NCBI GenBank assembly: GCA_036278755.1
Contig: DASUKL010000052.1
Location: 22,697-86,696, forward strand
Length of the DNA stretch: 64,000 bases
Reading direction: 5' to 3'
From: Candidatus Limnocylindrales bacterium
Lineage (GTDB): Bacteria > Chloroflexota > Limnocylindria > Limnocylindrales > CSP1-4
In this document: positions 17,095 through 27,120 of the stretch, piece by piece
Layout: each line of letters opens with the position of its first letter
Position numbering within the stretch: position 1 is the first letter of the stretch
Position numbers and translations under genes: made by a program
Notes under the pieces: generated by a model
The model's database searches: none
What the model was told of the DNA's origin: nothing
What the model saw: only the letters and a program-made list of their open reading frames with translations

Positions 17095-18012
17095 TCAGAC
17101 GCCCAGGGCGGCCTCGATGGCCGAGCGGAGCGGCATCCCTTCGCGAGCGCCGGTCACGGTCACTGACAGCCCCGCCGCCACGACGGCCCTGTGGGCCGCC
17201 TCGTCGAGGGAGCGGCCCTCGAGGAGCCCCGCGGCGAGCACACCGTTGAAGGCATCACCGGCCCCGGTCGTGTCGACGGCCCGGACCCGATGGGCGGGCA
17301 GCGTGGCCTGGGCCTGCGGACCGTCGACCCGCGCACCGGCTGGGCCCAGGGTCGTGATCACGGTGAGCCCGGGGTGCCTGGCGCGCAACCCGCCCGGGCC
17401 ACCCAGGGCCGCCACCTCCACCTCGTTGGGGGTGATGACCTGGGCCCGAGCGGCCAGGTCCTGGCCGCTGACCCCGGCCGGGACGGGGGCCGGATTGAGG
17501 ATCGTGACGGCCCCCGCGTCGTGAGCTGCCTGGAGCCCTGCCTCCACGGCGGCCAGCGGCACCTCCAGGCTGGCCAGCAGGACGCCGCCGTCGGCCAGGA
17601 GGCGGCTCACCTGCGTCGCCACCGCGGCCGGATCGAGGTGCTCGTTGGCGCCGGGGGCGACGGCGATCTGATTGCGGCCGTCGGCGGCGACGACGATGAG
17701 GGCCACCCCGGTGGCCGCTTCCGCGCGCACCAGACAGGCCTCGTCGGCGATGCCTTCATCGTCGAGGGCGGAGAGGGCCGCGCGACCATGCGAATCCGCT
17801 CCCACGGCCCCCACGAACCAGACCCGCCCGTCCAGCGGGCCGCCGCGCAGGGCGCGAGCCGCGGCCACGGCCTGATTGCCCCCCTTGCCGCCCTGGTGGG
17901 TGGAGAACCGGCCGCCGACGACGGTCTCCCCGGGGCTCGGCAGGTGGGGGCTGCCGGCCAGCACGAGGTCGACGTTGATGGAGCCGAGGATGACGAGCCG
18001 CGGCTGCGTCAC
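17095..18012 (-). CDS. PfkB-family carbohydrate kinase (ribokinase-like)
   Basis: LVILGSINVDLV...GGKGGNQAVAAARAL...DTTGAGDAFNGVLAAGL gives the ribokinase GG and DTxGAGD signatures. Confidence 0.8.
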   Translation of the reverse strand: MTQPRLVILGSINVDLVLAGSPHLPSPGETVVGGRFSTHQGGKGGNQAVAAARALRGGPLDGRVWFVGAVGADSHGRAALSALDDEGIADEACLVRAEAATGVALIVVAADGRNQIAVAPGANEHLDPAAVATQVSRLLADGGVLLASLEVPLAAVEAGLQAAHDAGAVTILNPAPVPAGVSGQDLAARAQVITPNEVEVAALGGPGGLRARHPGLTVITTLGPAGARVDGPQAQATLPAHRVRAVDTTGAGDAFNGVLAAGLLEGRSLDEAAHRAVVAAGLSVTVTGAREGMPLRSAIEAALGV

Positions 18013-18027
18013 CGGATCAGCCAGCGA

Positions 18028-18852
18028 TCAGCCAGCGATGAGCTCGCCGCCGTCGATGCCGATGACGTTGCCCGTCATCCAGTCCGTGCCGTCCTGGGAG
18101 AACGTCACGATGGCCTGGGCCACGTCATCGACCGTCGTCATCCGCCCGCTGGGGTTGCGCGTCCGAGCGTGCTCGATGAGCTTCTCGCGCTCGGGGATCT
18201 GCATCAGGGCGTGGGTCACCGTGACCCCCGCCCGGATGGCGTTGACCGTGACGCCGCTGCCCAGTCGAGCGAACTCCATGGCCAGCTGGCGGCAGTGGGA
18301 CTCGAGGGCGCACTTGGCCGCGCTGACGGCGCCGTAGCTCTCGATCATGCGGCTCGAGCCCTCGCTGGTCATGGCATACAGCTTCGAGCCGGCGGCCAGG
18401 AAGCCGCCCCGCCACAGATCCTGGGCCCAGTAGACGAGGCTGTGGGCCATGACGTCCAGGGTCATCTCCATGTTCTTGCGGCTGATGGCCTCCGGGGCGT
18501 CATCGGCCAGGAAGGGCTTGAGGGTCCCGAAGGCCAGCGAATGGAGGAGGACCCGGACGTAGGGCCGCCGGCCGGCCGCTTCCTGGGCCTGGAAGCGCTC
18601 GCGGAGGCCGGTCAGGAACTCGGCCCGCCGCTCGTCGTCAGCAGCGTTGATGTTGACGAAGTGGGCCTCCCGGCCGAGGCTCGCGATGCGGGCCGTGATC
18701 TCCGCGACATGGGCCAGCCCCTGGCGACGGTCGAGGTGGACGCCGGCCACGTCGTAGCCGTCGGCCGCCAGGGCCAGGGCCGCGGCCTCGCCGAAGCCGC
18801 TGCTGGCACCGAGGATCAGGGCCCACGGTTGGTGGATCTCGGCGTCGGGCAT
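18028..18852 (-). CDS. SDR-superfamily enoyl-(ACP) reductase-like protein (FabI/FabL type, Y-x6-K)
   Basis: ALILGASSGFGEAAALALA Rossmann motif. Catalytic SYGAVSAAKCALE has Y-x6-K spacing, typical of enoyl reductases. Same strand and 16 nt upstream of the PfkB kinase. Confidence 0.7.
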   Translation of the reverse strand: MPDAEIHQPWALILGASSGFGEAAALALAADGYDVAGVHLDRRQGLAHVAEITARIASLGREAHFVNINAADDERRAEFLTGLRERFQAQEAAGRRPYVRVLLHSLAFGTLKPFLADDAPEAISRKNMEMTLDVMAHSLVYWAQDLWRGGFLAAGSKLYAMTSEGSSRMIESYGAVSAAKCALESHCRQLAMEFARLGSGVTVNAIRAGVTVTHALMQIPEREKLIEHARTRNPSGRMTTVDDVAQAIVTFSQDGTDWMTGNVIGIDGGELIAG

Positions 18853-19025
18853 CGAGCGTCTCCTCGGCAGCGACGAGCGACCGGCGGCCCGTCCTGAGGT
18901 GAGTCTACGCGGCGGCCGACCGGCGGAGTGGCGGCTTCAGCGGACGCGAGGGCACGGATCGGGGTCAGATGACACGGGGCTAGCGTGGGAGCCGACGCGC
19001 CGGGGCCGGGGCTAGACTGGCCCCG

Positions 19026-19616
19026 ATGGTCGCCGCCGTGAGCCAGCCCCAGGACGCCGGGCCCCGCATCGAGCCCGAGGCCTATCGCGACGTCATGGGC
19101 CGATTCGTGACCGGCGTCACGATCGTGACCTGTCTGGACGAGCGTCGGGGGCGGTCCCACCCCTGGGGCACGACGGTCAACGCCTTCAGCTCGGTCAGCC
19201 TGGAGCCCCCGCTCGTCCTCGTCTGCATCGGCCGTGAGCGGTCCATCCACCCCATCATCGCCCGGGCTGGGCGCTTCGCCGTGAACATCCTGGGCGAGGA
19301 CTGCCAGGCCCTCTCCGACTGCTTCGCCGGGGCCCCCGGTAGCCGGGCCAAGGATGCGTTCTGCGAGGCCGCCTACCGGCTGGGACAGGACGGCCTGCCC
19401 GTCCTCGAGGCCAGCATCGCCTACATCGAATGCCTCGTGGAGCAGACTTTGGAAGCCGGCGATCACACGATCTACCTGGCCCGCGTCACCGGCCTGGGCA
19501 CCAGCGAGGTCCATCCTCTGCCGCTTCTCTACTACCGCGGCCGCTATCTGCGCATCGAGCGGGCGGCCACGGCGGCGCTCCAGGGCAAGCCCGACGAGCG
19601 CTACCCCGAGCGCTAG
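19026..19616 (+). CDS. flavin reductase (NAD(P)H:FMN/FAD oxidoreductase, HpaC-like)
   Basis: FRDVMGRFVTGVTIVTCLDERRG...VNAFSSVSLEPPLVLVCIG...FAVNILGED is the flavin_reduct domain. Confidence 0.8.
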   Translation: MVAAVSQPQDAGPRIEPEAYRDVMGRFVTGVTIVTCLDERRGRSHPWGTTVNAFSSVSLEPPLVLVCIGRERSIHPIIARAGRFAVNILGEDCQALSDCFAGAPGSRAKDAFCEAAYRLGQDGLPVLEASIAYIECLVEQTLEAGDHTIYLARVTGLGTSEVHPLPLLYYRGRYLRIERAATAALQGKPDERYPER

Positions 19617-19642
19617 ACCCTCCGCGAGCGACCGTCGAGCAC

Positions 19643-20539
19643 GTGGCCGAGCTGGACGTCGACGGCCTGCGGATCCATTACCTGACCGAGGGCGCCGGGC
19701 CGCCCCTGGTCATGCTCCACGGCGCCACGTCCTCCGGCGGCGAGGACTGGGCCGCCCAGCGACCGGCCTTTCGGCGCGCCTTCCACCTCCTCATCCCCGA
19801 CGCGCGCAGCCATGCCGGCACGCGCTGGGACCCCAGCGAGGGCTTCAGCACCGAGCTCCTGGTCCACGACCTCGAAGGCTTCGTGGACGGGCTCGGCCTG
19901 CGCACGTTCCACCTCGTCGGCTTCAGCATGGGCGGGATGACCGCCCTGACCTATGCCACCCGCCACCCGGAGCGGCTGCGGACGTTGCTCATCAGCGGCA
20001 TCGACAACCAGCCCCAGCCCCGCTCGGCCGTGGCCGCTCGCCTGATGGATCCCGAGCGGGTGGACCGCGACGAACCGGCCTGGGCGGCCCAGCTCGAGCG
20101 ACGCCATGGGCCGGTCCAGGGCCCGGGGGCCTGGCGACGGCTGCTGCGGGCCCTGGCCTCCGATGTCGGGGCTCAAGCGATCCTCTCCCCGGCCGTCCTG
20201 CGGGGCATCCGGGTGCCGACCCTCCTGGCCTACGGTGACCGCGACGTCTTCTGCCCGCCCGACCATGCCGTGGCCCTCTACCGCTCGCTGCCCCAGGCCC
20301 GGCTCTTCATGGCCCCCGACTGCGACCACCAGGTCATGGTCAGCCGGCCCGGGCTGTTCAACGAGGCCGCGGCGGCCTTCTACCGCGAGACGGCCCAGGA
20401 GGCCGAGGCCCGGGCCGCGGGCCGATCGACCGGTGGGCCTCGGATCACGCGTTCGGCCGCCCGAGCCCCGATCCCGACCGAGCTGCACGACCTGCCCGTC
20501 ACCCCGACCGAGACGCCCACCCGACCGGATGGAGGTTGA
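19643..20539 (+). CDS. alpha/beta hydrolase fold protein
   Basis: GTG at 19643. VMLHGATSSG, nucleophile elbow VGFSMGG, acid and His near LLAYGDRDVF...DCDHQV. Confidence 0.75.
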   Translation: MAELDVDGLRIHYLTEGAGPPLVMLHGATSSGGEDWAAQRPAFRRAFHLLIPDARSHAGTRWDPSEGFSTELLVHDLEGFVDGLGLRTFHLVGFSMGGMTALTYATRHPERLRTLLISGIDNQPQPRSAVAARLMDPERVDRDEPAWAAQLERRHGPVQGPGAWRRLLRALASDVGAQAILSPAVLRGIRVPTLLAYGDRDVFCPPDHAVALYRSLPQARLFMAPDCDHQVMVSRPGLFNEAAAAFYRETAQEAEARAAGRSTGGPRITRSAARAPIPTELHDLPVTPTETPTRPDGG

Positions 20540-21438
20540 GCCCGATGTCGACCACCGAACCCCAGCCACCGTCCGAACCCCCGCGGAGGCCCGAAGCCCA
20601 GCCCGAGCCTGCCCTCGGCGCCGCCGGAGCCGAAGCCGGACGCCCGCACCGCCTGCGCCTCGAGCTGCCGGCCGAGGGCCCTGACCGGACCTTCGCGGGC
20701 GTGGCCCTCATCACCCTCGACCGGCCCGCGGTCCTCAACGCCCTCGACTTCGAGACGATGCTCCAGCTGACCGAGGCCCTGGAGCGCTTCGACGCCGACC
20801 CGGCCTGTCGCTGCATCGTCATCACCGGCGCGGGCCAGCGGGCCTTCGCCGCCGGGGCCGACATCGGCGAGCTGGCCGAGGCCAGCCCGACGGACCTGGT
20901 CGCCTCCGACGTCTTCTCGCGCTGGGAGCGCATCCGGCGCATCCACACGCCCATCGTGGCCGCCGTGCAGGGCTACGCCCTGGGCGGCGGCTGCGAGCTG
21001 GCCATGGCCTGCGACATCGTCGTGGCGGCCGAGGACGCGGTCTTCGGGCAGCCCGAGATCAGGCTCGGCATCATCCCCGGAGCCGGCGGCACCCAGCGCC
21101 TGACCCGGGCCCTGGGCAAGGCCCGGGCCATGGACCTCATCCTCACCGGGGCTGAGCTGCCGGCCCGCGAGGCTCTGGCCCGCGGCCTGGTGAGCCGCCT
21201 CGTGCCGAGCGAGGAGACCGTCCCGGCGGCCCTGGAGCTGGCCGCTCGTATCGCGGCCCAGCCGCCCCTGGCCGTCCGGGCGGCCAAGGCCTCCATCGAT
21301 CGGGCCTTCGAGCTGTCGCTGGAGGCGGGCCTGGAGTTCGAGCGGCGGGAGTTCTACCTGCTCTTCGCCTCGGAGGATCAGGCGGAAGGGATGCAGGCCT
21401 TCGTGGCCAAGCGCGCTCCCGAGTGGAAGGGCCGCTGA
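20536..21438 (+). CDS. enoyl-CoA hydratase/isomerase (crotonase) family
   Basis: ALITLDRPAVLNAL...ITGAGQRAFAAGADI...VQGYALGGGCELAMACDIVVAAEDAVFGQPEIRLGIIPGAGGTQRL. Start overlaps the upstream hydrolase stop. Confidence 0.85.
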   Translation: MSPMSTTEPQPPSEPPRRPEAQPEPALGAAGAEAGRPHRLRLELPAEGPDRTFAGVALITLDRPAVLNALDFETMLQLTEALERFDADPACRCIVITGAGQRAFAAGADIGELAEASPTDLVASDVFSRWERIRRIHTPIVAAVQGYALGGGCELAMACDIVVAAEDAVFGQPEIRLGIIPGAGGTQRLTRALGKARAMDLILTGAELPAREALARGLVSRLVPSEETVPAALELAARIAAQPPLAVRAAKASIDRAFELSLEAGLEFERREFYLLFASEDQAEGMQAFVAKRAPEWKGR

Positions 21439-21603
21439 GCAGGCCGCGTCGCCCGGGATGCTGGAGCCGCTCAGGGGGCCAGGTCGCCTGCGATCTGCTG
21501 GTGGCCGGCCATCTGGCTCTTGGCCGCGGGGAGTACCCTGTGGCCGACGGCGCCAGCAGTCACCGCTGACCATGTCCACGGCGGGAGCCATGGAGGACGA
21601 GGC

Positions 21604-22368
21604 ATGACCGACGAGGGCTACGGCCGCGATATGGGAGACGAGGCGGCGGGGGCCATCCGCGACCGGCCACCCGACCCCCTGGCGCCCATCGATCCCGACG
21701 CGCCGGTGAGCGGCCACCAACCGGCCCCCGCGCCCGTCCCGGCCTCCTCCCTCCCGGAACGCGACTGGGATACCGCGCGGCGGAGCGTCTTCCCGATCCT
21801 CCGGCCAGTGGGCACCACGGGCGCCGCGGCGGACGTGCCGCTCGACCCGTCGACGGCCGGGACGCGCGACCACAACGAGCCGCTGATCAGCCCCGGTCCG
21901 TGCAGCCTGGTCGTCGGCTTCGTGCTCCCGAGCAGCGGCTTCGACGTCATGGTCAACGGCGACCACCTCCTGAGCTGGGGCATCAGCGCCGACGACCTGG
22001 CCGCGGCGGCGGGCGCCAACCTGGCCACCTGGTCGGCCTCGGTGGGCTGGTCGGACGAGACGAGCGGCGAGCGGCGGCTGCTCGGCTCGGACAGCGGCGA
22101 CGGCCACGACGCCACGCGCATCCTCCTGCCGCCGGTCCGCGAGTGGCTGACCCGCGAGCTGGCCGGCTCGGCGCCGGCCGGAACCCGGGTCCTGGTCGGC
22201 CTGCCCGAGCGCCACCTCCTGATCGCCGGCGCGTTGCGGCCCGACGACCCGGAGTTCGTGGCCCTCTTCCGCGACTTCGTGGTCGAGTCGTCGGGCAACG
22301 CCGAGGAGCCCATCGACCGCCGCGTCTTCGAGCTGCTCAAGGGCGAGCTGGTCGAGTTCGAGGCCTGA
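21604..22368 (+). CDS. hypothetical protein (conserved-looking, no family recognised)
   Basis: ATG at 21604 preceded by GGAGGA. 254 aa, acidic N-terminus, then LISPGPCSLVVGFVLPSSGFDVMVNGDHLLSWG...VLVGLPERHLLIAGA...VFELLKGELVEFEA. Embedded between two crotonase genes. Confidence 0.45.
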   Translation: MTDEGYGRDMGDEAAGAIRDRPPDPLAPIDPDAPVSGHQPAPAPVPASSLPERDWDTARRSVFPILRPVGTTGAAADVPLDPSTAGTRDHNEPLISPGPCSLVVGFVLPSSGFDVMVNGDHLLSWGISADDLAAAAGANLATWSASVGWSDETSGERRLLGSDSGDGHDATRILLPPVREWLTRELAGSAPAGTRVLVGLPERHLLIAGALRPDDPEFVALFRDFVVESSGNAEEPIDRRVFELLKGELVEFEA

Positions 22369-22375
22369 GCCGGCC

Positions 22376-23146
22376 ATGGCCCTCCGCGAGGAGCTCGGCG
22401 AGGGCGTCCTGACCCTGACCCTCGACCGGCCGGAGGCTCTCAACGCCCTCGACCGCGAGCTGAAGACCGGGTTGCTGGCCGCCTTCCGTCGAGCGGGCCG
22501 CACGGCCGACGTGCGGGCGGTGGTCCTGACCGGAGCGGGGCGGGCCTTCTGCGCCGGCCAGGACCTCGGCGAGGCCGACGTCATCGGGACGGGCATCGGG
22601 GCCGAGGTCCGCGAGCGCTACGTGCCCCTCATCCTGGCCATGCGCCGCCTGGACAAGCCGATCGTAGCCGCCATCAACGGCGTGGCCGCCGGGGCCGGCC
22701 TGTCGCTGGCCCTGGCCTGCGACCTGCGCCTGGCGGCCCAGACGGCCACCTTCGCCTGCGCCTTCGGGCGCATCGGGCTCGTGCCGGACAGCGGCCTGAG
22801 CTGGTTCCTGCCCCGCCTCGTCGGCACCGGCTGGGCGGCGCGCCTCGTCCTGGCCGGCGAGTCGATCGACGCCCCCACCGCGGAGCGGATCGGCCTGGTG
22901 GAGTGGCTCGTCCCGGCCGCGCGGCTGGCCGAGGAGGCCCATGACCTGGCCGCCCGGCTGGCGGCCGGGGCGCCGCTGGCGCAGAGCCTGGCCAAGCGTT
23001 CCCTGGCCTTCGCCGCCACGGCCGATCTGGGGGCCGCCCTGGAGTTCGAGGCCCAGGCCCAGACGGCGGCGGCCCGGAGCGACGACTTCGCCGAGGGCCT
23101 AGCGGCCTTCCGGGCCAAGCGCGCCCCCCGCTTCGGCGGGCACTGA
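22376..23146 (+). CDS. enoyl-CoA hydratase/isomerase (PaaG/crotonase-like)
   Basis: VLTLTLDRPEALNAL...LTGAGRAFCAGQDL...INGVAAGAGLSLALACDLRLAAQTATF. Confidence 0.85.
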   Translation: MALREELGEGVLTLTLDRPEALNALDRELKTGLLAAFRRAGRTADVRAVVLTGAGRAFCAGQDLGEADVIGTGIGAEVRERYVPLILAMRRLDKPIVAAINGVAAGAGLSLALACDLRLAAQTATFACAFGRIGLVPDSGLSWFLPRLVGTGWAARLVLAGESIDAPTAERIGLVEWLVPAARLAEEAHDLAARLAAGAPLAQSLAKRSLAFAATADLGAALEFEAQAQTAAARSDDFAEGLAAFRAKRAPRFGGH

Positions 23147-23152
23147 GGCGCC

Positions 23153-24352
23153 ATGCGGGTCGCCGTGATCGGCGCCGGGACGATGGGCGCCGGGATCGCC
23201 CAGGCCTGCCTGGGCGCGGGCCATGGGGTGGCCCTCTACGACGTCGATCCGGGGGCCGTCGAACGGGCGCGCGAGCGCATCGCCGAGGGCCTGGGACGCC
23301 TGGTGGCCAAGGGGCGCCTGGGTGCCGAGGCTCGGACGGAGGCCCTCGCTCGGCTATCCGCGGCGGACTCCGTCGAGGCAGCGGCGACGGGAGCGGAGGT
23401 GGTCATCGAGGCGGCGCTGGAGGAGCTCGAGGTCAAGCGTTCGATCTTCGCGAGGCTGGACCGGGCCGCCCCGGCACAGGCCCTCCTGGCCTCGAACACG
23501 AGTGCCCTGTCGATCAGCGCCCTGGCCGAGGCGACCGGCCGGCCCGAGCAGGTCCTGGGCCTGCACTTCTTCAACCCGGCTCCCGTCATGGCCCTCGTCG
23601 AGGTCGTTGCCGGCGAGCGGACAACGGCGGCCACGGTGGCCGCGGCCCGATCGTTCGCCGAGGGCCTGGGCAAGACGCCGGTCTCCTGCAGCGATGCGCC
23701 GGGCTTCATCGTCAACCGGGTGAACCGGCCCTTCAGCCTGGAGCCGCTGCGGATGCTGACCGCGGGTGAGGCGAACGTCCCGGCCATCGACGCGGCCGTG
23801 GTCGAGGCTGGCTATCCCCTGGGCCCGTTCGCCTACCTGGACCTCGTGGGGCTCGACGTCAATCTGGCCGCCACGACCGCCATCTGGCGGGGCTTCGACG
23901 AGGACGAGCGGTTCCGTCCGTCGCCCCTCCAGGAGCAGCTCGTGGCCGCGGGGCTGCTGGGCCGCAAGACGGGCCGCGGGTTCTACGTCTATGACGCGGC
24001 CGGGCGGCGGGGAGCGCCCGCGGCGGCCTTCGCGGCCGGGGCAGCCGGGGCAGGCGCGGCGGGGCCCGGAGCGGCCCACGCAGGGGCGGCCGATCTCGCC
24101 CCCGCGGCCATCGTCGAACGGATCGGATCGGCCATCATCAACGAGGCCTATCTCGCCGTGGGCGAGGGCGTCGCGACGCCGCCCGAGATCGACCTGGCCA
24201 TGCGTCTCGGCGTCAACCATCCGGCCGGACCGTTCGAGCGCGCGGGCCAGCTCGGCCTGCGTCGGGTCATCGAGGGCCTGGCCCGCCTCGAGTCGGCGTA
24301 TGGTGAGCGCTACCGGGTCGCGCCGGCCCTCTGGCAGGTGGCCAACGCCTGA
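23153..24352 (+). CDS. 3-hydroxyacyl-CoA dehydrogenase (NAD-binding plus C-terminal domain; extended C-terminus)
   Basis: MRVAVIGAGTMGAGIA Rossmann motif. LASNTSALSISALA...LGLHFFNPAPVMALVEVV...PGFIVNRV is the HCDH signature. Confidence 0.85.
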   Translation: MRVAVIGAGTMGAGIAQACLGAGHGVALYDVDPGAVERARERIAEGLGRLVAKGRLGAEARTEALARLSAADSVEAAATGAEVVIEAALEELEVKRSIFARLDRAAPAQALLASNTSALSISALAEATGRPEQVLGLHFFNPAPVMALVEVVAGERTTAATVAAARSFAEGLGKTPVSCSDAPGFIVNRVNRPFSLEPLRMLTAGEANVPAIDAAVVEAGYPLGPFAYLDLVGLDVNLAATTAIWRGFDEDERFRPSPLQEQLVAAGLLGRKTGRGFYVYDAAGRRGAPAAAFAAGAAGAGAAGPGAAHAGAADLAPAAIVERIGSAIINEAYLAVGEGVATPPEIDLAMRLGVNHPAGPFERAGQLGLRRVIEGLARLESAYGERYRVAPALWQVANA

Positions 24353-24395
24353 ACGCTCGGAGCGCTAGGCCGACGACGGCAGCCACGAGGAGGCC

Positions 24396-25625
24396 ATGAC
24401 TCGACCCACCGACCGCCCGCTCCGTGAGGCCTGGATCGTCAGTGCCGTCCGCACGCCCATCGGCCGCTATGGCGGCGCGCTCAGCGCGGTCCGGCCCGAC
24501 GACCTGGCGGCCCTCGTCATCGCCGCCGCCGTCGAGCGTTCAGGCCTGCCCGCCGAGCGGGTCGAGGACGTCATCATGGGCTGCGCCAACCAGGCCGGCG
24601 AGGACAATCGGAACGTGGCCCGCATGGCCGCCCTGCTGGCGGGGCTGCCCGTGGAGGTCGCCGGCCTGACCGTCAACCGGCTGTGCGGCTCCGGGCTGCA
24701 GGCCATCAACACGGCGGCCCACGCCATCATGGTCGGCGACGGCGACGCCTTCGTGGCCGGGGGCCTCGAGTCGATGAGCCGGGCGCCGTACGCCATGCTC
24801 AAGCCCGAGATGGCCTACGAGCGCGGACGGCACACCCTCGAGGACACGACGCTGGGCTGGCGCTTCACGAACCCCCGCCTGGCGGCGGTCCACCACCCTT
24901 ACTCGATGGGCGAGACCGGGGAGAACGTGGCCCAGCGCTGCGGGGTCAGCCGCGAGGCCCAGGACCGCTTCGCCCTGGAGAGCCACCAGCGGGCCGTGGC
25001 GGCCATCGAGGGCGGCCGCTTCGACGAGCAGATCGTCCCGGTCGTCGTGCCACAGCGCAAGGGCGAGCCGGTCGTCGTGGACCGCGACGAGCATCCTCGG
25101 CCGGACACCTCGCTGGAGGCCCTGGCCCGCCTGCGGCCCGCGTTCCGCGAGGGCGGCACGGTGACCGCGGGCAACAGTTCCGGGATCAACGATGGGGCCA
25201 GTGCCACGGTGGTCGTGGAGGCGGACCTGGCCCGAGCCATGGGCCTGCGGCCCATGGCTCGCGTCGTGGCCACGGCCGTGGCGGGCGTCGACCCCGCGAT
25301 CATGGGCCTGGGCCCCGTGCCGGCCACGCGCAAGGCCCTGGCCCGGGCCGGCCTCGACGTGGGCGACCTGGACCTCGTCGAGCTCAACGAAGCCTTCGCC
25401 AGCCAGGCCGTGGAGTGCATCGCCGAGCTCGGGCTGGACCCCGAACGGGTCAACGTCAACGGCGGGGCCATCGCCCTGGGGCATCCCCTGGGCATGAGCG
25501 GCGCCCGCCTGGCCACCATGCTCGTCCACGAGCTGGCACGGCGGGGCGGCCGCTACGGGCTGGCCACGATGTGCATCGGCGTGGGCCAGGGCATCGCCAC
25601 CATCGTGGAGCGCCTCGAGGCCTAG
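24396..25625 (+). CDS. acetyl-CoA C-acyltransferase / 3-ketoacyl-CoA thiolase
   Basis: Active-site Cys in [32 protein letters not shown] and CIGVGQGIA are the C-terminal thiolase signatures. Confidence 0.9.
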   Translation: MTRPTDRPLREAWIVSAVRTPIGRYGGALSAVRPDDLAALVIAAAVERSGLPAERVEDVIMGCANQAGEDNRNVARMAALLAGLPVEVAGLTVNRLCGSGLQAINTAAHAIMVGDGDAFVAGGLESMSRAPYAMLKPEMAYERGRHTLEDTTLGWRFTNPRLAAVHHPYSMGETGENVAQRCGVSREAQDRFALESHQRAVAAIEGGRFDEQIVPVVVPQRKGEPVVVDRDEHPRPDTSLEALARLRPAFREGGTVTAGNSSGINDGASATVVVEADLARAMGLRPMARVVATAVAGVDPAIMGLGPVPATRKALARAGLDVGDLDLVELNEAFASQAVECIAELGLDPERVNVNGGAIALGHPLGMSGARLATMLVHELARRGGRYGLATMCIGVGQGIATIVERLEA

Positions 25626-25700
25626 GCCTCAGGCGCGGAGCCCCCGGGGCTCCAGGCTCCAGGCCCCAGGATCAGTCCCGCCGCAGGGCCAGGCGACGGC

Positions 25701-25988
25701 CTAGTGGCCGAAGGCGGCCAGCCAGAACAGGGCGGCGGTCACGACAGCGATCAGGGCCCCGATCGCGGCCGCGGCCCAGGCCGTCCAGTCGATCGGGCCG
25801 AGTGGCTCATAGGTCGGCAGGGGGTCGGTGCCGTTGCCGCCCCAGTGCTCGTCGTGATCCCCACCATGGCCAGCGGCAGAGCCGGGACCCGATCGGTGGC
25901 CGGCCGTGCGGGTCTCGTCGTGCAGCGCCTCGCCGGCCGCCTCCACCGCGGAGCGGGTCTCCTCGTGGACGTGCCCCTCGTCCTTCAT
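25701..25988 (-). CDS. small hypothetical protein with His/Glu-rich N-terminus and C-terminal TM helix
   Basis: 95 aa. Start overlaps the SBP gene stop (ATGA at 25985-25988). C-terminal WAAAAIGALIAVVTAALFWLAAF. Could be a metal-binding membrane-anchored peptide. Weak evidence. Confidence 0.35.
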   Translation of the reverse strand: MKDEGHVHEETRSAVEAAGEALHDETRTAGHRSGPGSAAGHGGDHDEHWGGNGTDPLPTYEPLGPIDWTAWAAAAIGALIAVVTAALFWLAAFGH

Positions 25989-27105
25989 GGCAGCAACTCC
26001 TGGCTGATCAGATCGTCCACGCTGACCGGGTTCGGCACGAGGCCCCCGGGCAGGGATGCCAACTCGTCGATCGAGCGGGACCAGGCGTCGGTGTCGATCG
26101 CGCCCAGACCGTGGGACCGAGTGTAGGCGCTCTGCCAGGTCGCCACCGTGGCCTGCAGGATAGCCAGCTGCGTGTCGCGATCCTGGCCCAGGGCCGGCAC
26201 GGCGGCGACGGACGCATCGAGGCCCTTCGTCGGGTCCGCATCGATCGCCTCCATGGCCCGCAACGTGGCGGCCACGAAGGCCCGCAGGGCGGCCGTCTTG
26301 CTGGCCAGCTGCTTGGTGCCCACGACGAGGCCCGGCCCGGGGAGGGGCACGACCTGGTCGACGTGGAGCACCGTGGCCGGGAAGCCATGCAGCTCCAGCT
26401 GCACCGGCTCGTTGTTGGTGAAGCCCGTGGCCGCGTCGACCGCGCCCTGCTCGAGGGCCGCCTCCTGGCCGTAGTCGGGGTAGACCACCACCGACAGGTC
26501 GGCCGGGCTCAGGCCGGCCGACTTCAGGAGCGCCTGGAGCATGATCCAGCTGCTGCCGTACTTGCCCGGCGTCCCCAGGCGCGTGCCCTTCAGGTCCGCC
26601 ACGCTGGTGATACCGCTGGCCGCCTTGGCGAAGACGATGTTGGGGAACGTGCCGTAGATCGTGGCCACGTAACGGATGGGGAGGCCCTGGCTGACGGCCG
26701 GGATGACGCTCGTGCCGTCGGAGATGCTGACGTCCACGGCGCCCTGGGCGGTGAGCGTCACGAGGTCCGGGTCGATCTTGTTCTGGAACGTCACGTCGAG
26801 CCCGGCCTGGCGGTAGTAGCCGGCCTGCTGGGCCAGGTAGAACTGGGCGAACTGGACGCTCGGGATGTAGCCCAGCCCGACGATGAGCTTGGTGGGCGGA
26901 CCCGACGGCGAGGCCGACGCCGAGGCCGACGGCGAGCCCGAGTCGGAGGGCCCCGATGATCCACCCGGGGACGAGGAGCCCGGGGCCGATGCGGACGCCG
27001 AGCTCGAGTCTGAGGGGGAGGCCGATCCGGACGGGCCGGCGCAGCCGAAGACGAGGCCGACGATGGCCAGGCCGGCCAGCAGCCGGCGCCCGAACGCGAT
27101 GGTCA
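25985..27105 (-). CDS. ABC transporter substrate-binding lipoprotein, NMT1/THI5-SsuA/TauA-like
   Basis: GTG at 27105 with GGAGGA SD. Lipobox LVFGCAG. Ser/Pro-rich linker (SASPSDSSSASASAPGSSSPGGS...). Then IVGLGYIPSVQFAQFYLAQQAGYYRQAGLDV...GTRLGTPGKYGSSW. Confidence 0.75.
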
Positions 27106-27120
27106 CAGGTTCCTCCACAT

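Noticed and set aside
17191-18897. 568-aa plus-strand ORF
   Set aside because: Antisense to the PfkB kinase and SDR reductase genes. Low-complexity G/R/D/A composition.
20380-22596. 738-aa minus-strand ORF
   Set aside because: Antisense to crotonase and hypothetical genes. No motif content.
24683-26959. 758-aa plus-strand ORF
   Set aside because: Overlaps the thiolase in another frame and is antisense to the SBP gene. Arg/Gly-rich artefact.
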